Shown here in pieces: positions 9,188 through 18,842 of a stretch of DNA of 64,000 nt (within the stretch, counting starts at the first letter, position 1; each line of letters starts with the position of its first letter). The stretch covers positions 1 to 64,000 of IMG/VR virus record IMGVR_UViG_3300014205_000186; one strand, written 5' to 3'. Source of the stretch: a virus (lineage: Duplodnaviria > Heunggongvirae > Uroviricota > Caudoviricetes). The position numbers were made by a program, and so were the translations under genes. The notes beneath the pieces were generated by a model. That model did no database searches, had not been told where the DNA came from, and saw only the letters and a program-made list of their open reading frames with translations.

Positions 9188-9766
9188 TTGATCTTAGGAA
9201 AATTTATGAATATATTCGTTCTTGATGAAAATATAGACAGTTGTGCTAAGTATCTTTGCAACGCTCATTTAAATAAATTAGTTGTAGAGCATGTTCAAAT
9301 GCTATCTAATTGTTATTCTCCAGAATCTCTATTAACCGCTCCTAAAACAAAAACAGATAGTATTAGAAAGTATTCGCATTACAATCATCCCGCGTCAATC
9401 TGGACTAGACAAACTTTAGGTAATTTTAAATGGTTGTGGAATTATACAGAAGCTATCTTAGACGAAAGAAGATTTAGAGGATTTAACGAACATTTTTCTG
9501 AAATATTTACAGAATGGATATATGACAGAAAACCTGATAACATTGTTAATATTAACTCAGAAGAATTAACACCTTTTGTTTTATGTATGCCCGATCAATA
9601 TAAACAAAAAGATCCTGTTGAATCATATCGCCAATACTATATCAATGATAAACAGTATAATAAAGCTGGTAAATGGATGTTAAAATATACTAACAGAGAA
9701 TGCCCAGAATGGTTTCCAGAAGAGTTAAAGCAAAAAATTCGCCTTTTAAACACCCTTTCTATTTAG
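9188..9766 (+). CDS. hypothetical protein
   Basis: 192-aa ORF; N-terminus MNIFVLDENIDSCAKYLCNAHL. Confidence 0.45.
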   Translation: MILGKFMNIFVLDENIDSCAKYLCNAHLNKLVVEHVQMLSNCYSPESLLTAPKTKTDSIRKYSHYNHPASIWTRQTLGNFKWLWNYTEAILDERRFRGFNEHFSEIFTEWIYDRKPDNIVNINSEELTPFVLCMPDQYKQKDPVESYRQYYINDKQYNKAGKWMLKYTNRECPEWFPEELKQKIRLLNTLSI

Positions 9767-10587
9767 CTGATACAATGCACAATTATTTTTTTCCAGAAGA
9801 ATTCTATCCGCCAGTCTCTAACGACTATGGTTTAAGATGCTCTCAGGGCCTCCAGATTGCCTCTAAAATGAACGCAATGTTCTTAGGGGTAGTTCGAGAC
9901 GCCCAACCAGCTTTAGAGCGAAATTTAGTGGTTCTAGATCATTTAAGAGGGTTCTTTAATTCTTCCTCTGTTTTCATTTACGAAAATAATAGTTCTGATA
10001 ATTCTAAAGAAATTTTAGACAACTACGCAAAAACGCACTATAGTACTGTATTTAGTACTGAAACGTTAGACACTCGTAAGCTCTCTGACAAGTCTCTTGA
10101 AAGAAGAGTTAATATGGCTTATGCTAGGAATAAATACTTAGAGTATGCTAAAAGAAAGTATAAAACGGGTTATAAGTTAGATGTTATTATTGTTCTTGAT
10201 TTAGATATAATTGGTGGATATTCCTATACGGGTTTACTTAATTCTTTAAATTATTTTTGTAATTATACTTGTGTAGGTAGTAATTCTATCTATTATCAGG
10301 ATAAAACCCGTCTTCAATATGATACTTGGGCATATAAAGATTCCTTTAATAAATCTGAAGAAGATAAAAACTTAATGGTATTTCATAGGGGTGAAAGTCC
10401 TTTTGAAGTAGGTTCCTGTTTTGGCGGGCTAATGATTTATCCTTCAAGTATCTTAAAGCATGATATTAAGTATGAATCATGGGACTGTGACCATATTACT
10501 CTTCATAAACAATTAAAAGATTTAGGTTATAGTATCTTATTAAATCCTTCTCAAATAGTTCTTTATTCGGATCATTATTATGTTTGA
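9700..10587 (+). CDS. putative GT-A fold glycosyltransferase
   Basis: IYENNSSDNSKEIL (GT-A nucleotide-binding-like) and LDLD (DxD-like). Confidence 0.35.
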   Translation: MPRMVSRRVKAKNSPFKHPFYLADTMHNYFFPEEFYPPVSNDYGLRCSQGLQIASKMNAMFLGVVRDAQPALERNLVVLDHLRGFFNSSSVFIYENNSSDNSKEILDNYAKTHYSTVFSTETLDTRKLSDKSLERRVNMAYARNKYLEYAKRKYKTGYKLDVIIVLDLDIIGGYSYTGLLNSLNYFCNYTCVGSNSIYYQDKTRLQYDTWAYKDSFNKSEEDKNLMVFHRGESPFEVGSCFGGLMIYPSSILKHDIKYESWDCDHITLHKQLKDLGYSILLNPSQIVLYSDHYYV

Positions 10588-11464
10588 TAAAATTAGAGTT
10601 ATAATACCTACTCATAACCCCTTATATCTTAAAGAAACATTAACAGCTTTACATCATCAAAACGATAATAATTTTACTGTATTAGTAGTAGAAAACCCAA
10701 CAAAAACTTTCAATGTAGAGCATATATCAGAATATTATATGTTTGAACATATTACTTCTCCTTTAGGTGCTAATAATGCTAGAAACACTGGTATTAATTT
10801 TATTGATTCTCCGGAAGATATTATAATAGCTTTATTAGATGATGATTGTGTTCCAGATAGAGACTGGATTAGAAATATTAGAGAATCATTTAACAACGAT
10901 ACTAAATTAGCGTGTTTAGGTGGTAGAGTTACTTTAAGTACAGACAAAAACCTAACAGCTTTACAATCGCAATACTTAACCAAAATTAATTGGGGAAATA
11001 CTAATCTTTATAGAGAATTACAACCGGGAGAATATATAGCTTCTTGTAATTTAGCTTTTAAAAAATCTGTTTATAATAAAGTTGGCGGGTTTAATGCTAA
11101 TTTAGGATACTTTGGTAAAGATAACTTTATCCCAAACGACGAAGTACTCTTTATAAGAGACTGTGCTAATCATGGTAAGGTCTGTTATAATGATAACATG
11201 AGAGTTCTTCATTTGATTGATGATAGAGTTAATAATAAGTTTTTCTTAAAGAGGGCTTATGGTCAAGGTTATGCTAATATTCTTCTTGAAAGAGAACAGG
11301 GTATAACCGGAAATTGTCATCTTGAAAAGATTTACTATTCTGAGGAAAACACAAAAGATATTGACTTACAAATAGCCAAGCATATAGGAATGTTACACGC
11401 AATTAAAGGGGTAGAGCCATCAAATCAATTTTACTCACTGCTGGAAGAACTGGTTCAAATCTAA
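10580..11464 (+). CDS. family 2 glycosyltransferase
   Basis: RVIIPTHNPLYLKETLTALHHQ...FTVLVVENPT...GANNARNTGINF...ALLDDDCVPDRDW: typical GT2 layout. Confidence 0.7.
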   Translation: MFDKIRVIIPTHNPLYLKETLTALHHQNDNNFTVLVVENPTKTFNVEHISEYYMFEHITSPLGANNARNTGINFIDSPEDIIIALLDDDCVPDRDWIRNIRESFNNDTKLACLGGRVTLSTDKNLTALQSQYLTKINWGNTNLYRELQPGEYIASCNLAFKKSVYNKVGGFNANLGYFGKDNFIPNDEVLFIRDCANHGKVCYNDNMRVLHLIDDRVNNKFFLKRAYGQGYANILLEREQGITGNCHLEKIYYSEENTKDIDLQIAKHIGMLHAIKGVEPSNQFYSLLEELVQI

Positions 11465-11739
11465 TAATAGAGTCCTATATTCAAGCTGGGGCTAATATTG
11501 CTAGTGAACCACTAAACAAAAAATATAATAATTACGAAAGTATTATCGGTTATAAACCCAATCTTATACTTGAAGATAATACTGAAAAGTTAAGAATTAT
11601 AAATAAAACACTAGAGAATTATGATTTATGTAAGATTCTCTATTGTCAATCTAACCTAGAACTAATAAAAGAACTTCAAAAAAGATATAAAATATTACTT
11701 TTAGTAAGAAACGTATTTGATGTAGCTATTTCTTTTAGA

Positions 11740-12075
11740 ATGGCTGAAATACTTCAAAAATGGCATAATCTTGGGGAACCACCAATAACCCCAAAAGAAA
11801 AAGTTATTGTTAGCCCCATCGAGTTTACTAATTATGTTTCTTATTTACTTGAAAATACACTTCAATACTCTAAGTTAAAGATTAGAAAAATATATTTTTA
11901 CGAAGATATTATAAATTACTGGGATTTATTTGTTTCAGATTTTTCTTATGAGGTTGGCTTCGAAGGTAAAGTTGAACAGAAAATAAGAAAGAATCCGGAA
12001 AAACCAAAAGATTTTATTGAAAACTATCAAGAATTAAGAGATATTTATGATAAATTTTACTCAAGATTGGTTTAG
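11740..12075 (+). CDS. hypothetical protein
   Basis: 111-aa ORF. Confidence 0.4.
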   Translation: MAEILQKWHNLGEPPITPKEKVIVSPIEFTNYVSYLLENTLQYSKLKIRKIYFYEDIINYWDLFVSDFSYEVGFEGKVEQKIRKNPEKPKDFIENYQELRDIYDKFYSRLV

Positions 12076-12550
12076 TCACAACATCCCTCTTTTCGAAAAA
12101 TTCCTAAAACCTCTTAAAGATTTAAGAATTTTAGAGATAGGGTCTTTTGAGGGTCGTTCAGCTTTATGGATGATTCAAAATCTCAATCCTAAAAAATTAG
12201 TTCTAGTAGACCCTGGACAAGAAAGTAATATTGTATTAAAATTAAATCTTTCTGGTTTGGATTATACCCTAATTGAGAAACCTAATAATGAAGCTTGGAG
12301 AGATTATATTTTTGAAGAGTTTGATTTTGTTTATGTTGACGGAAGTCATTCTAGTAAAAATTGTTACTTTGATATGATTTTGGGCTGGACAGTTCTTAAA
12401 TCTGGTGGTATAATGGCTATAGATGATTATGCTTGGCCTTTACAGAGCGAAGATCAAACCAGTCCAAAAGAGGCCGTTGATCTATTCTTACAGAGAAAAG
12501 ACTATGTTTTGCTACATAAGAATTACCAAGTTTGGCTTATGAAAAAATAG
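12047..12550 (+). CDS. class I SAM-dependent methyltransferase (TylF/MycF-like O-methyltransferase family)
   Basis: LRILEIGSFEGRSALWM...LVLVDP...FDFVYVDGSHSSKNCYFDMILGWTVLKSGGIMAIDDY. Confidence 0.6.
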   Translation: MINFTQDWFSHNIPLFEKFLKPLKDLRILEIGSFEGRSALWMIQNLNPKKLVLVDPGQESNIVLKLNLSGLDYTLIEKPNNEAWRDYIFEEFDFVYVDGSHSSKNCYFDMILGWTVLKSGGIMAIDDYAWPLQSEDQTSPKEAVDLFLQRKDYVLLHKNYQVWLMKK

Positions 12551-12855
12551 GAGTGATTATGAAACATTTATCTGATTCAGAAGAAATAGAATTTTACAGA
12601 CAAGAATCTTTAAGAAGATTACCAGCTATTTACGGAGATCTTCTAGACGATGTTAAAAAGCAGTTTAATACTGAATTCGGTAGACATGAAGCTCTTGATA
12701 GATCTTTTATGATTAGTTCAAATATTCAAGATTTTTTAACAGATCATCCTTATATTGTTTTTAGACCAGAATGTTATAAACTAGCTTTTCAAGCTAATGA
12801 GTTAATGATGGAATTATATCAGGTTATCGGTAGAAGTGACTTTAATCAGGAATAA
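12532..12855 (+). CDS. hypothetical protein
   Basis: 107-aa ORF. Confidence 0.4.
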   Translation: MAYEKIGVIMKHLSDSEEIEFYRQESLRRLPAIYGDLLDDVKKQFNTEFGRHEALDRSFMISSNIQDFLTDHPYIVFRPECYKLAFQANELMMELYQVIGRSDFNQE

Positions 12856-12858
12856 AAT

Positions 12859-13233
12859 ATGCCAAAAGTAAAACTATTTAGAGTTTATAATACCGGTGGG
12901 TATGAATATGATAATCAAGATGGTATTTTACAACAGTTATCAACAGGATGGCAAGAGATAACTCAAGAAGAGTTAAATTTTCTTACTTCTCCAGAAATGT
13001 ATAAGATGTTTACTGGAAAAAACTATTATATGAATGTTGTTGTTTATGAAGATAAAACAGAAGATATTCCTGTTATGATTGATTCTGTTAAAGAATATAT
13101 AAAGTCTTATAAAGATAAGAAGGAAAAAGAAAAACTTGATAAGCTAAAAAAACAAGAAGAAATTAAAGCTAAAAAAGAAGCTAAAGAAATAGAAAAAGCT
13201 AAAAAGCTTCTTGAAGAAAAGGGTCTATTATAG
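12859..13233 (+). CDS. hypothetical protein with Lys/Glu-rich coiled-coil tail
   Basis: 124 aa; C-terminus KEKEKLDKLKKQEEIKAKKEAKEIEKAKKLLEEKG. Confidence 0.45.
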   Translation: MPKVKLFRVYNTGGYEYDNQDGILQQLSTGWQEITQEELNFLTSPEMYKMFTGKNYYMNVVVYEDKTEDIPVMIDSVKEYIKSYKDKKEKEKLDKLKKQEEIKAKKEAKEIEKAKKLLEEKGLL

Positions 13234-14249
13234 TGTTTATATCAGCCCCAATCAATAGTTTAAGTTACGGTCTAGTATCTCAAAACATACTAGATAATCT
13301 TTCTAACTATAAACTAAAACCTCTTGGTCAATTTGATTCAGCTCAATATAGTAGGTTTATTCCGAAACTTATAAATTATACTGAAGATTTAGATCTAACA
13401 AAGCCTTCTCTTAAAATATTCCATGAAAACCTTTTATTCGATCATATAGGTAAGGGTACTAGAATAGGTTTTCCAATCTTCGAAAGAAATGAATTTACTC
13501 CCGAACATGTTTGGAATTTAAAGCATCAAGATTTGGTTCTAGTGTGTTCTAAATGGGCTAAGGAATTAGTAGAACCAATTAATCCTAATGTTATGGTTTG
13601 CCCTTTAGGTGTTAGTGAAAACTTTAAACCTGGTTATATTCCTAATAATCAAGATAAAGTTATTTTTTATACTCAAGGTAAAAGAGAAGTTAGAAAGGGT
13701 CATAACTATCTTCATAAGGTTTTCCATAAAGCTTTTCAGAATAATAATGATGTAGAATTATGGATGTTTACTCATAACTACTTTGACACACCTGAACAAA
13801 CAAGATCATTCCAGTCTGAATACAAATCTCTATTAGGTAATAAAGTTAAATTCTTTCCTAGATTATCAGAACAGGAAATGATAAACTGGCTTCATAAAAC
13901 AGATTGCGGAATCTTCTTAAGTCGTGCAGAAGGATGGAATATGCCACTTTCTGAAGCTTTAGCAATGGGTAAACAAGTAATAGCTACTTATTATTCTGGT
14001 CATACTGAATACTTAAAGAATGGTATTAATCCTGTTGAGTTTGAACCAGCTATTGACGATAAATGGTTTCATGGAGAATTTACTTGGATGAAAATTGAAA
14101 GTAATGAAGAAGAAATAGTTACCTTATTAAGGGAGAAATACGAATATTGCAAAAATAATAAAGGTCCAGACCCAAAGAGTACAAATCTAGTTAAGAATTA
14201 CACTTGGAAGAACACAGCGGAGATTATAAATGGACTACGCGGATTGTGA
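13233..14249 (+). CDS. GT-B glycosyltransferase (GT1/GT4-like)
   Basis: FLSRAEGWNMPLSEALAMGKQVIATYYSGHTEYL matches the E-x7-E GT4 motif. Confidence 0.6.
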   Translation: MFISAPINSLSYGLVSQNILDNLSNYKLKPLGQFDSAQYSRFIPKLINYTEDLDLTKPSLKIFHENLLFDHIGKGTRIGFPIFERNEFTPEHVWNLKHQDLVLVCSKWAKELVEPINPNVMVCPLGVSENFKPGYIPNNQDKVIFYTQGKREVRKGHNYLHKVFHKAFQNNNDVELWMFTHNYFDTPEQTRSFQSEYKSLLGNKVKFFPRLSEQEMINWLHKTDCGIFLSRAEGWNMPLSEALAMGKQVIATYYSGHTEYLKNGINPVEFEPAIDDKWFHGEFTWMKIESNEEEIVTLLREKYEYCKNNKGPDPKSTNLVKNYTWKNTAEIINGLRGL

Positions 14250-14694
14250 AAAAATGGCTAAAATAGTTTTATTAAGTAGTCGTCAAAAACTAACTGATGA
14301 AAATATTGGTATTGTTATTGATTTTATTTTAAGGGCTAACCATAAGTATAACCCAAATATTGGTAATGAATATGGGTTTAGAAAGATGTATATTGGGTTT
14401 GCTCTAAAAAGTATTAAAACTCTTAAAAAGAAGCGTTATAAAGATAAGTTAATATATATTAATGATTATAATGATCTAGATCAAAAGGGGTCATACAAAG
14501 ATTTTAGTTCTAATATTTTTTGGGAAGATTTGAAGAAAAAATTGACACCGAAAGAATATGCTGTTATATTTAGTAGGATTAGCCAGTCAAAGACTCTAAG
14601 AGAGATAGCTAAAGAGCAAAATTTTAGCATAGAAACAGCAAGAAATTATATAAAATCTGCCAACAGAAAGATAAAAATATGGTACGCTTCTTAA
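14230..14694 (+). CDS. HTH protein resembling sigma-70 region 4
   Basis: C-terminal TLREIAKEQNFSIETARNYIKSANRKIK. Confidence 0.35.
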   Translation: MDYADCEKMAKIVLLSSRQKLTDENIGIVIDFILRANHKYNPNIGNEYGFRKMYIGFALKSIKTLKKKRYKDKLIYINDYNDLDQKGSYKDFSSNIFWEDLKKKLTPKEYAVIFSRISQSKTLREIAKEQNFSIETARNYIKSANRKIKIWYAS

Positions 14695-14990
14695 AAACCT
14701 TCTTTAAAAGAAAGAGGTATATAAAAATCTCTTATTTTGGTAAGTTTGGGGTTGAAATAGATACTAATTTTACTGATGATGAAGTTCAAGAATTTCTCTA
14801 TTCAATATATACAGATCAAGTTATCAACGATATTATGGACCATTTAAAGGTTTATAAAGAGGATCAATACGCAAGAGTTGTTAAATTCTTAGAAGAAAGA
14901 GCTAAACAGGCTCAAGAAGAAATGGAAGAAGAAGACAATGGCCCAATTGTAGGAGTATTAAGTGAAAACAATAATATGGGAAGATCTTAA
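14679..14990 (+). CDS. hypothetical protein
   Basis: 103-aa ORF. Confidence 0.4.
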   Translation: MVRFLKTFFKRKRYIKISYFGKFGVEIDTNFTDDEVQEFLYSIYTDQVINDIMDHLKVYKEDQYARVVKFLEERAKQAQEEMEEEDNGPIVGVLSENNNMGRS

Positions 14991-15522
14991 TATAGAAACA
15001 AATATTCTTACTGGACTTACTGAAGAAATTGAAGAATATATCTCAGATTCTACAGATGACGAAGAGGAAATGAGTTCAGAACAGATAATTACAACTCCTT
15101 TCGGAATCTATAATGTTAAGGATTTCTTTAATCCAATGCGGCAATATAGATGGAATATGGGTCATGCCAACTTTGATATTACTAAAGATGTTTTAAATAT
15201 TCTTGTTAAAGTTCCTGGAATAGAAAAGATAGTAGTTCTTTCTAGATATAGATTCTTAATTGCTTTTGGTAAGGCTTTTATGGCTAATTCTGTTAAAAAT
15301 GATATTTATAAAAATCTTGGTGCATCACAACCATTATCAGACGAAGTTTTACATAAGAAGAAGGCTTTAGAATCTATTTATGAAAAATGGGCAATATATT
15401 ACCTATCAGAAAAAGACTGGGATTGTGCTGACGAAGAAAATTATGAAGAAAAGATAAAAGAGTTTAGAGATAGACAACAAACAGAAAACGGAATAGTTAT
15501 AACGCATGAAACCGATATTTGA
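14962..15522 (+). CDS. hypothetical protein
   Basis: 186-aa ORF, acidic N-terminus. Confidence 0.45.
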   Translation: MKTIIWEDLNIETNILTGLTEEIEEYISDSTDDEEEMSSEQIITTPFGIYNVKDFFNPMRQYRWNMGHANFDITKDVLNILVKVPGIEKIVVLSRYRFLIAFGKAFMANSVKNDIYKNLGASQPLSDEVLHKKKALESIYEKWAIYYLSEKDWDCADEENYEEKIKEFRDRQQTENGIVITHETDI

Positions 15523-15955
15523 AGAAGAACTTAAAAAACCTAAAAATATTAAGATATTAAATTATCTGAGTAGATTGCGAGGTTTAGATAAAGACGAGAT
15601 AGAGCAGTTAAAGCTAATTACTCTTTGGAAAAGTATTAATAGTTTTAATGAAGAAAAGGGTTGCTTATTTTCTACGCATCTGTATAATACTTGTAGATAT
15701 ACCTTTCTGGACTTCTTCAAAAAAAAGCAAATTAAAACAGTTGACAATATTGATATTGCAAAGTATAATAGTGACAACATCATTGATGAACTTCCACTTC
15801 TTTATAAAACTATAATAGAAGATAGATTTGTTTATAAATTTACAATGATAGAAATGTCAGGTAAGTATAAATTACAAAGGTGGCAACTAAAGATTTTAAT
15901 TCAAGATAGTATTGATTTTCTAAAAAAAGAACTTGACAAAAGAAGGGCTAGCTAG
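15506..15955 (+). CDS. sigma-factor-like protein (sigma-70 region 2-like)
   Basis: DEIEQLKLITLWKSINSFNEEKGCLFSTHLYNTCRYTFLDFFKK resembles sigma region 2.1-2.4. Confidence 0.45.
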   Translation: MKPIFEEELKKPKNIKILNYLSRLRGLDKDEIEQLKLITLWKSINSFNEEKGCLFSTHLYNTCRYTFLDFFKKKQIKTVDNIDIAKYNSDNIIDELPLLYKTIIEDRFVYKFTMIEMSGKYKLQRWQLKILIQDSIDFLKKELDKRRAS

Positions 15956-16187
15956 TATAATGTATTATGTTCTAACAGAGAAAAGATCAGCAGTTTTTGG
16001 TGAAGGTTATTGGCACAGAATTATTGGTCCTCATGGAATGTTATTTCAAGCTTATCTTAATGAGAGTGAAGCTAATAATGTTTGTTTAGGATTAAATCAA
16101 GTTAAGAGAATTAGTGATAGAGATCTTGCTATTATTAGATCAAAAACAGAAGAAAAAAGACTAGAAAAGATTGCTAACAAATCATAA
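15933..16187 (+). CDS. hypothetical protein
   Basis: 84-aa ORF. Confidence 0.4.
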   Translation: MTKEGLASIMYYVLTEKRSAVFGEGYWHRIIGPHGMLFQAYLNESEANNVCLGLNQVKRISDRDLAIIRSKTEEKRLEKIANKS

Positions 16188-16281
16188 AAAGATTTTGACG
16201 GATTGGACTAAAGGTTATGTCGCTAGCCCTTCAAGCTGGAGAAAACGGATCGTTACCGTTATTCGTTATTAAAAAATTTAC

Positions 16282-16309
16282 TTGACAAATAAATTAACTG
16301 TGTTATAAT
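16282..16309 (+). promoter_or_regulatory. sigma70-type promoter with extended -10 (TTGACA-16nt-TGnTATAAT)
   Basis: TTGACA at 16282-16287 and TGTTATAAT at 16301-16309; preceded by hairpin AACGG(ATCGTTA)CCGTT and followed by a strong RBS TAGGAGAAAAAGT before the ATG at 16393. Confidence 0.6.
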
Positions 16310-16392
16310 AATAAAAAATCACAATCAGCAAATTAAACAAAAAATTATCCATTTTTTAAACGTGATTTGGTAATTTAACTAGGAGAAAAAGT

Positions 16393-18057
16393 ATGTTTTC
16401 AGCAAAGCAAAGTTCCTTATTAGAAAAGAATCCAAAAGTTCTGGCTAAAGCTAAGAATCAATTTCTTTTTGGCACCGCGAAAGAATCCGCAAAGACCTTA
16501 AGTGGAAATGGGAGTTTAAAATTTTCTGATTCCGGTTCAGAATGGGTTAACCAATTTACTAAGTTGGGAACATTCAAGACTCCAAGAAAATATACTGAAA
16601 TTGTTAGTGATTGTGAAACCTTATGGGCTTTAGATAAAGAATTATGCGTTAAGTTTATTCTTTATATTAGAATGATTAGTCGAAAGACCGATTTAGTTTT
16701 CTTAAATATTAAAACTACAGAAGCTCAAAGTGGAGCAGAACTAAAATATGAAGGTATTATGAGAATGGTTTGGTTGTCTCAAAAGGCACCAGATGTTTTC
16801 TGGAAAAATATTGGATTATTTATCTCTGCCGGATCTTGTAAAGATATTGTTTCTATGTTAAGATATGACCTTGTTTATCATAACTGGGATAATAAGATTT
16901 TAGATTGGGCTAGGTTTGGTAATTTAATTAAGTCTTTATTGGAAAACCCTGCTTCAGTAAACTTAATGAAGAAATATTTACCGCAAATTAAGCCTAATAA
17001 TAAGTGTACTACTGTTGAATCACAAGCTAATAATATTATTGCTAAGTGGATTTGTTCAAGTCTTTTTGGATCTAAGAATGGTTCAACTACGTATAAGCAA
17101 TACAGAAAGTTAAAGACTTCCGGAACTGCTCACGAATGGCAAAAACTTATTTCTCAACAAAAGTTTGACAGAATTGATTTTACTAAGATTCATGGTCGGG
17201 CTTTGAATTTACTTGTTAAGAGCAAGTTTTTAAAGAATCATAACTTACAAAATGTTTATTCTACTTGGATTGATAAACAAAAGACTGTAAAGTATACAGG
17301 ATTTGTTCATGAATTACTTTGTGAATTAGATTCAAACCGGGATTCTAATTTTGAAAAGACTGTCGATAAGCAATTTTTAGAACTTGTTGAAAAGGTTAAA
17401 AATGGAGAAGAAAACTTTACTAAGCTAATTGTTGTAAGAGATACTTCTGGTTCTATGAGTTCAACCGCTACTGGAACGAAGTTTTCTTGTTATAATATTG
17501 CGAAGGCTTTAGCATTATATTTTTCAGAGTTTTTAACTGGACAATTTTCTAATCATTGGATAGAATTTAATAGTAGTGCTAAGTTACATGTTTGGAAGGG
17601 TTCTGGAGCAGTAGCAAAATGGAGAAGCGATAAATCAGGTTTTGTTGGTTCAACTAACTTTCAATCTGTTGTTGATTTGTTTTGTAATATGAAAAGAAAG
17701 GGTGTTCCTGAAGAGGATTTTCCACAGGGTATTTTATGTATTAGCGATGGAGAATTCAATCCAGCACAATTAGGTAAAACAAATGTTGAAGCTGCTAGAG
17801 ATCGTTTAGCCTTAGCTGGATTTTCAAAGGAATATCAAGATAATTTCAAAATAATTCTTTGGAATCTTCAAAGTGGTTATTATGGTGTCGGAACAGGTTG
17901 TAAGTTTGAAACTTTTGGTGATGTTAAAAACGTATTTTATATGTCTGGTTATTCAGCTTCTAATGTTAAGTTTTTATTGAATCAAAAGGTAGAAACTGCT
18001 GAAGACCTGTTTAATACAGCTATGTCACAGGAATTGTTAAATTTAGTTAATGTTTAA
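16393..18057 (+). CDS. vWA/MIDAS-containing protein (TROVE/Ro60-like or DUF2828-like possibility)
   Basis: IVVRDTSGSMSS MIDAS motif near residue 345 of 554; strongest promoter and RBS in the window. Confidence 0.55.
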   Translation: MFSAKQSSLLEKNPKVLAKAKNQFLFGTAKESAKTLSGNGSLKFSDSGSEWVNQFTKLGTFKTPRKYTEIVSDCETLWALDKELCVKFILYIRMISRKTDLVFLNIKTTEAQSGAELKYEGIMRMVWLSQKAPDVFWKNIGLFISAGSCKDIVSMLRYDLVYHNWDNKILDWARFGNLIKSLLENPASVNLMKKYLPQIKPNNKCTTVESQANNIIAKWICSSLFGSKNGSTTYKQYRKLKTSGTAHEWQKLISQQKFDRIDFTKIHGRALNLLVKSKFLKNHNLQNVYSTWIDKQKTVKYTGFVHELLCELDSNRDSNFEKTVDKQFLELVEKVKNGEENFTKLIVVRDTSGSMSSTATGTKFSCYNIAKALALYFSEFLTGQFSNHWIEFNSSAKLHVWKGSGAVAKWRSDKSGFVGSTNFQSVVDLFCNMKRKGVPEEDFPQGILCISDGEFNPAQLGKTNVEAARDRLALAGFSKEYQDNFKIILWNLQSGYYGVGTGCKFETFGDVKNVFYMSGYSASNVKFLLNQKVETAEDLFNTAMSQELLNLVNV

Positions 18058-18074
18058 TTTTTAAAGGGGCTTTT

Positions 18075-18647
18075 ATGAAGAGTTTTATTTTTACTTGTTT
18101 ATTTTTATTGTTAGGAACAACGTTATACGCTCAAACAGAGGAAGAATCACAGGATGCTAGAACTGTTGCAATGGGAGCATTTTATAGCGCGAGTGAATCT
18201 GCACAAGCAGTAATTGAAAGATCTGAAACGGCGGAATCACTAAAAGATCAAATAGTGCAACTTATATCAGATTTGCAAGTAGCTGCACAAGCCCATCCAG
18301 AGTATAGTAACCCAACATTTCAGGCAAATTTAGCATCTTATCTTGCTGATGCAGAAGAATTATATATTATAATTAATATAAAGAGAGACGCCGGTGCTAC
18401 AAAAATGGCTAGTGGTATTAGTTTAATAGAAGACGCTGATGACGCTGCGTGTGCTTATGATTGGGTAAACTCTTATAATTATGCGATAGAAGCAAGACCA
18501 TTATTAGACGCCAACATTTTTGATCCAGAACATGGCGCTAAGCAACTTTTTGATCACGCTGTAACTAATTTAAATGAGTATATTGATATACTTGATACAT
18601 TATATTGTATAATTTATGGTGAGTTGTATGTTGTAAACAATTTATAA
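18075..18647 (+). CDS. secreted protein
   Basis: N-terminal signal peptide MKSFIFTCLFLLLGTTLYAQ. Confidence 0.5.
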   Translation: MKSFIFTCLFLLLGTTLYAQTEEESQDARTVAMGAFYSASESAQAVIERSETAESLKDQIVQLISDLQVAAQAHPEYSNPTFQANLASYLADAEELYIIINIKRDAGATKMASGISLIEDADDAACAYDWVNSYNYAIEARPLLDANIFDPEHGAKQLFDHAVTNLNEYIDILDTLYCIIYGELYVVNNL

Positions 18648-18685
18648 AATAATCCATCTAAGATATATTTTTATCGAAAATTTTA

Positions 18686-18714
18686 TTGACTTTATAACAA
18701 GTTAGCGTTATAAT
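18686..18714 (+). promoter_or_regulatory. sigma70-type promoter (TTGACT-17nt-TATAAT)
   Basis: TTGACT at 18686-18691, 17-nt spacer, TATAAT at 18709-18714; lies immediately upstream of a tRNA-like gene. Confidence 0.6.
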
Positions 18715-18760
18715 AAAAGCGTAGATAAGAACGAAATTTATAATCTTACTCGGATTATTA

Positions 18761-18831
18761 CGGGATGTAGCTCAATTGGTAGAGCATTGTCTGTACTACA
18801 AAGGTTTCATGTTCGAATCGTGACATTCCGG
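18761..18831 (+). tRNA. tRNA-like gene, anticodon GUA (Tyr-like), imperfect anticodon stem
   Basis: Acceptor CGGGATG/CATTCCG, D-arm GCTC-AATTGGTA-GAGC, T-arm TCATG-TTCGAAT-CGTGA; anticodon stem has only 4 bp plus a mismatch, position 26 is missing and position 37 is C. Confidence 0.4.
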
Positions 18832-18842
18832 CTTTTTAATTT

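Noticed and set aside
9188-9766. T4 endonuclease V (pyrimidine-dimer glycosylase)-like assignment
   Set aside because: Only a vague N-terminal resemblance (MNIFVLD...AKYLCNAHL versus MTRINLTLV...ADQHLMAE); catalytic residues could not be aligned confidently.
16393-18057. Confident Ro60/TROVE annotation
   Set aside because: The MIDAS position and length are compatible, but I cannot identify TROVE-specific N-terminal motifs by eye. It is left as a vWA protein with the TROVE/DUF2828 possibility flagged.
18761-18831. Calling this a bona fide tRNA-Tyr
   Set aside because: Acceptor, D- and T-arms are good, but the anticodon stem has only 4 bp with an A-A mismatch, position 26 is missing and position 37 is C. 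It is kept as tRNA-like only.
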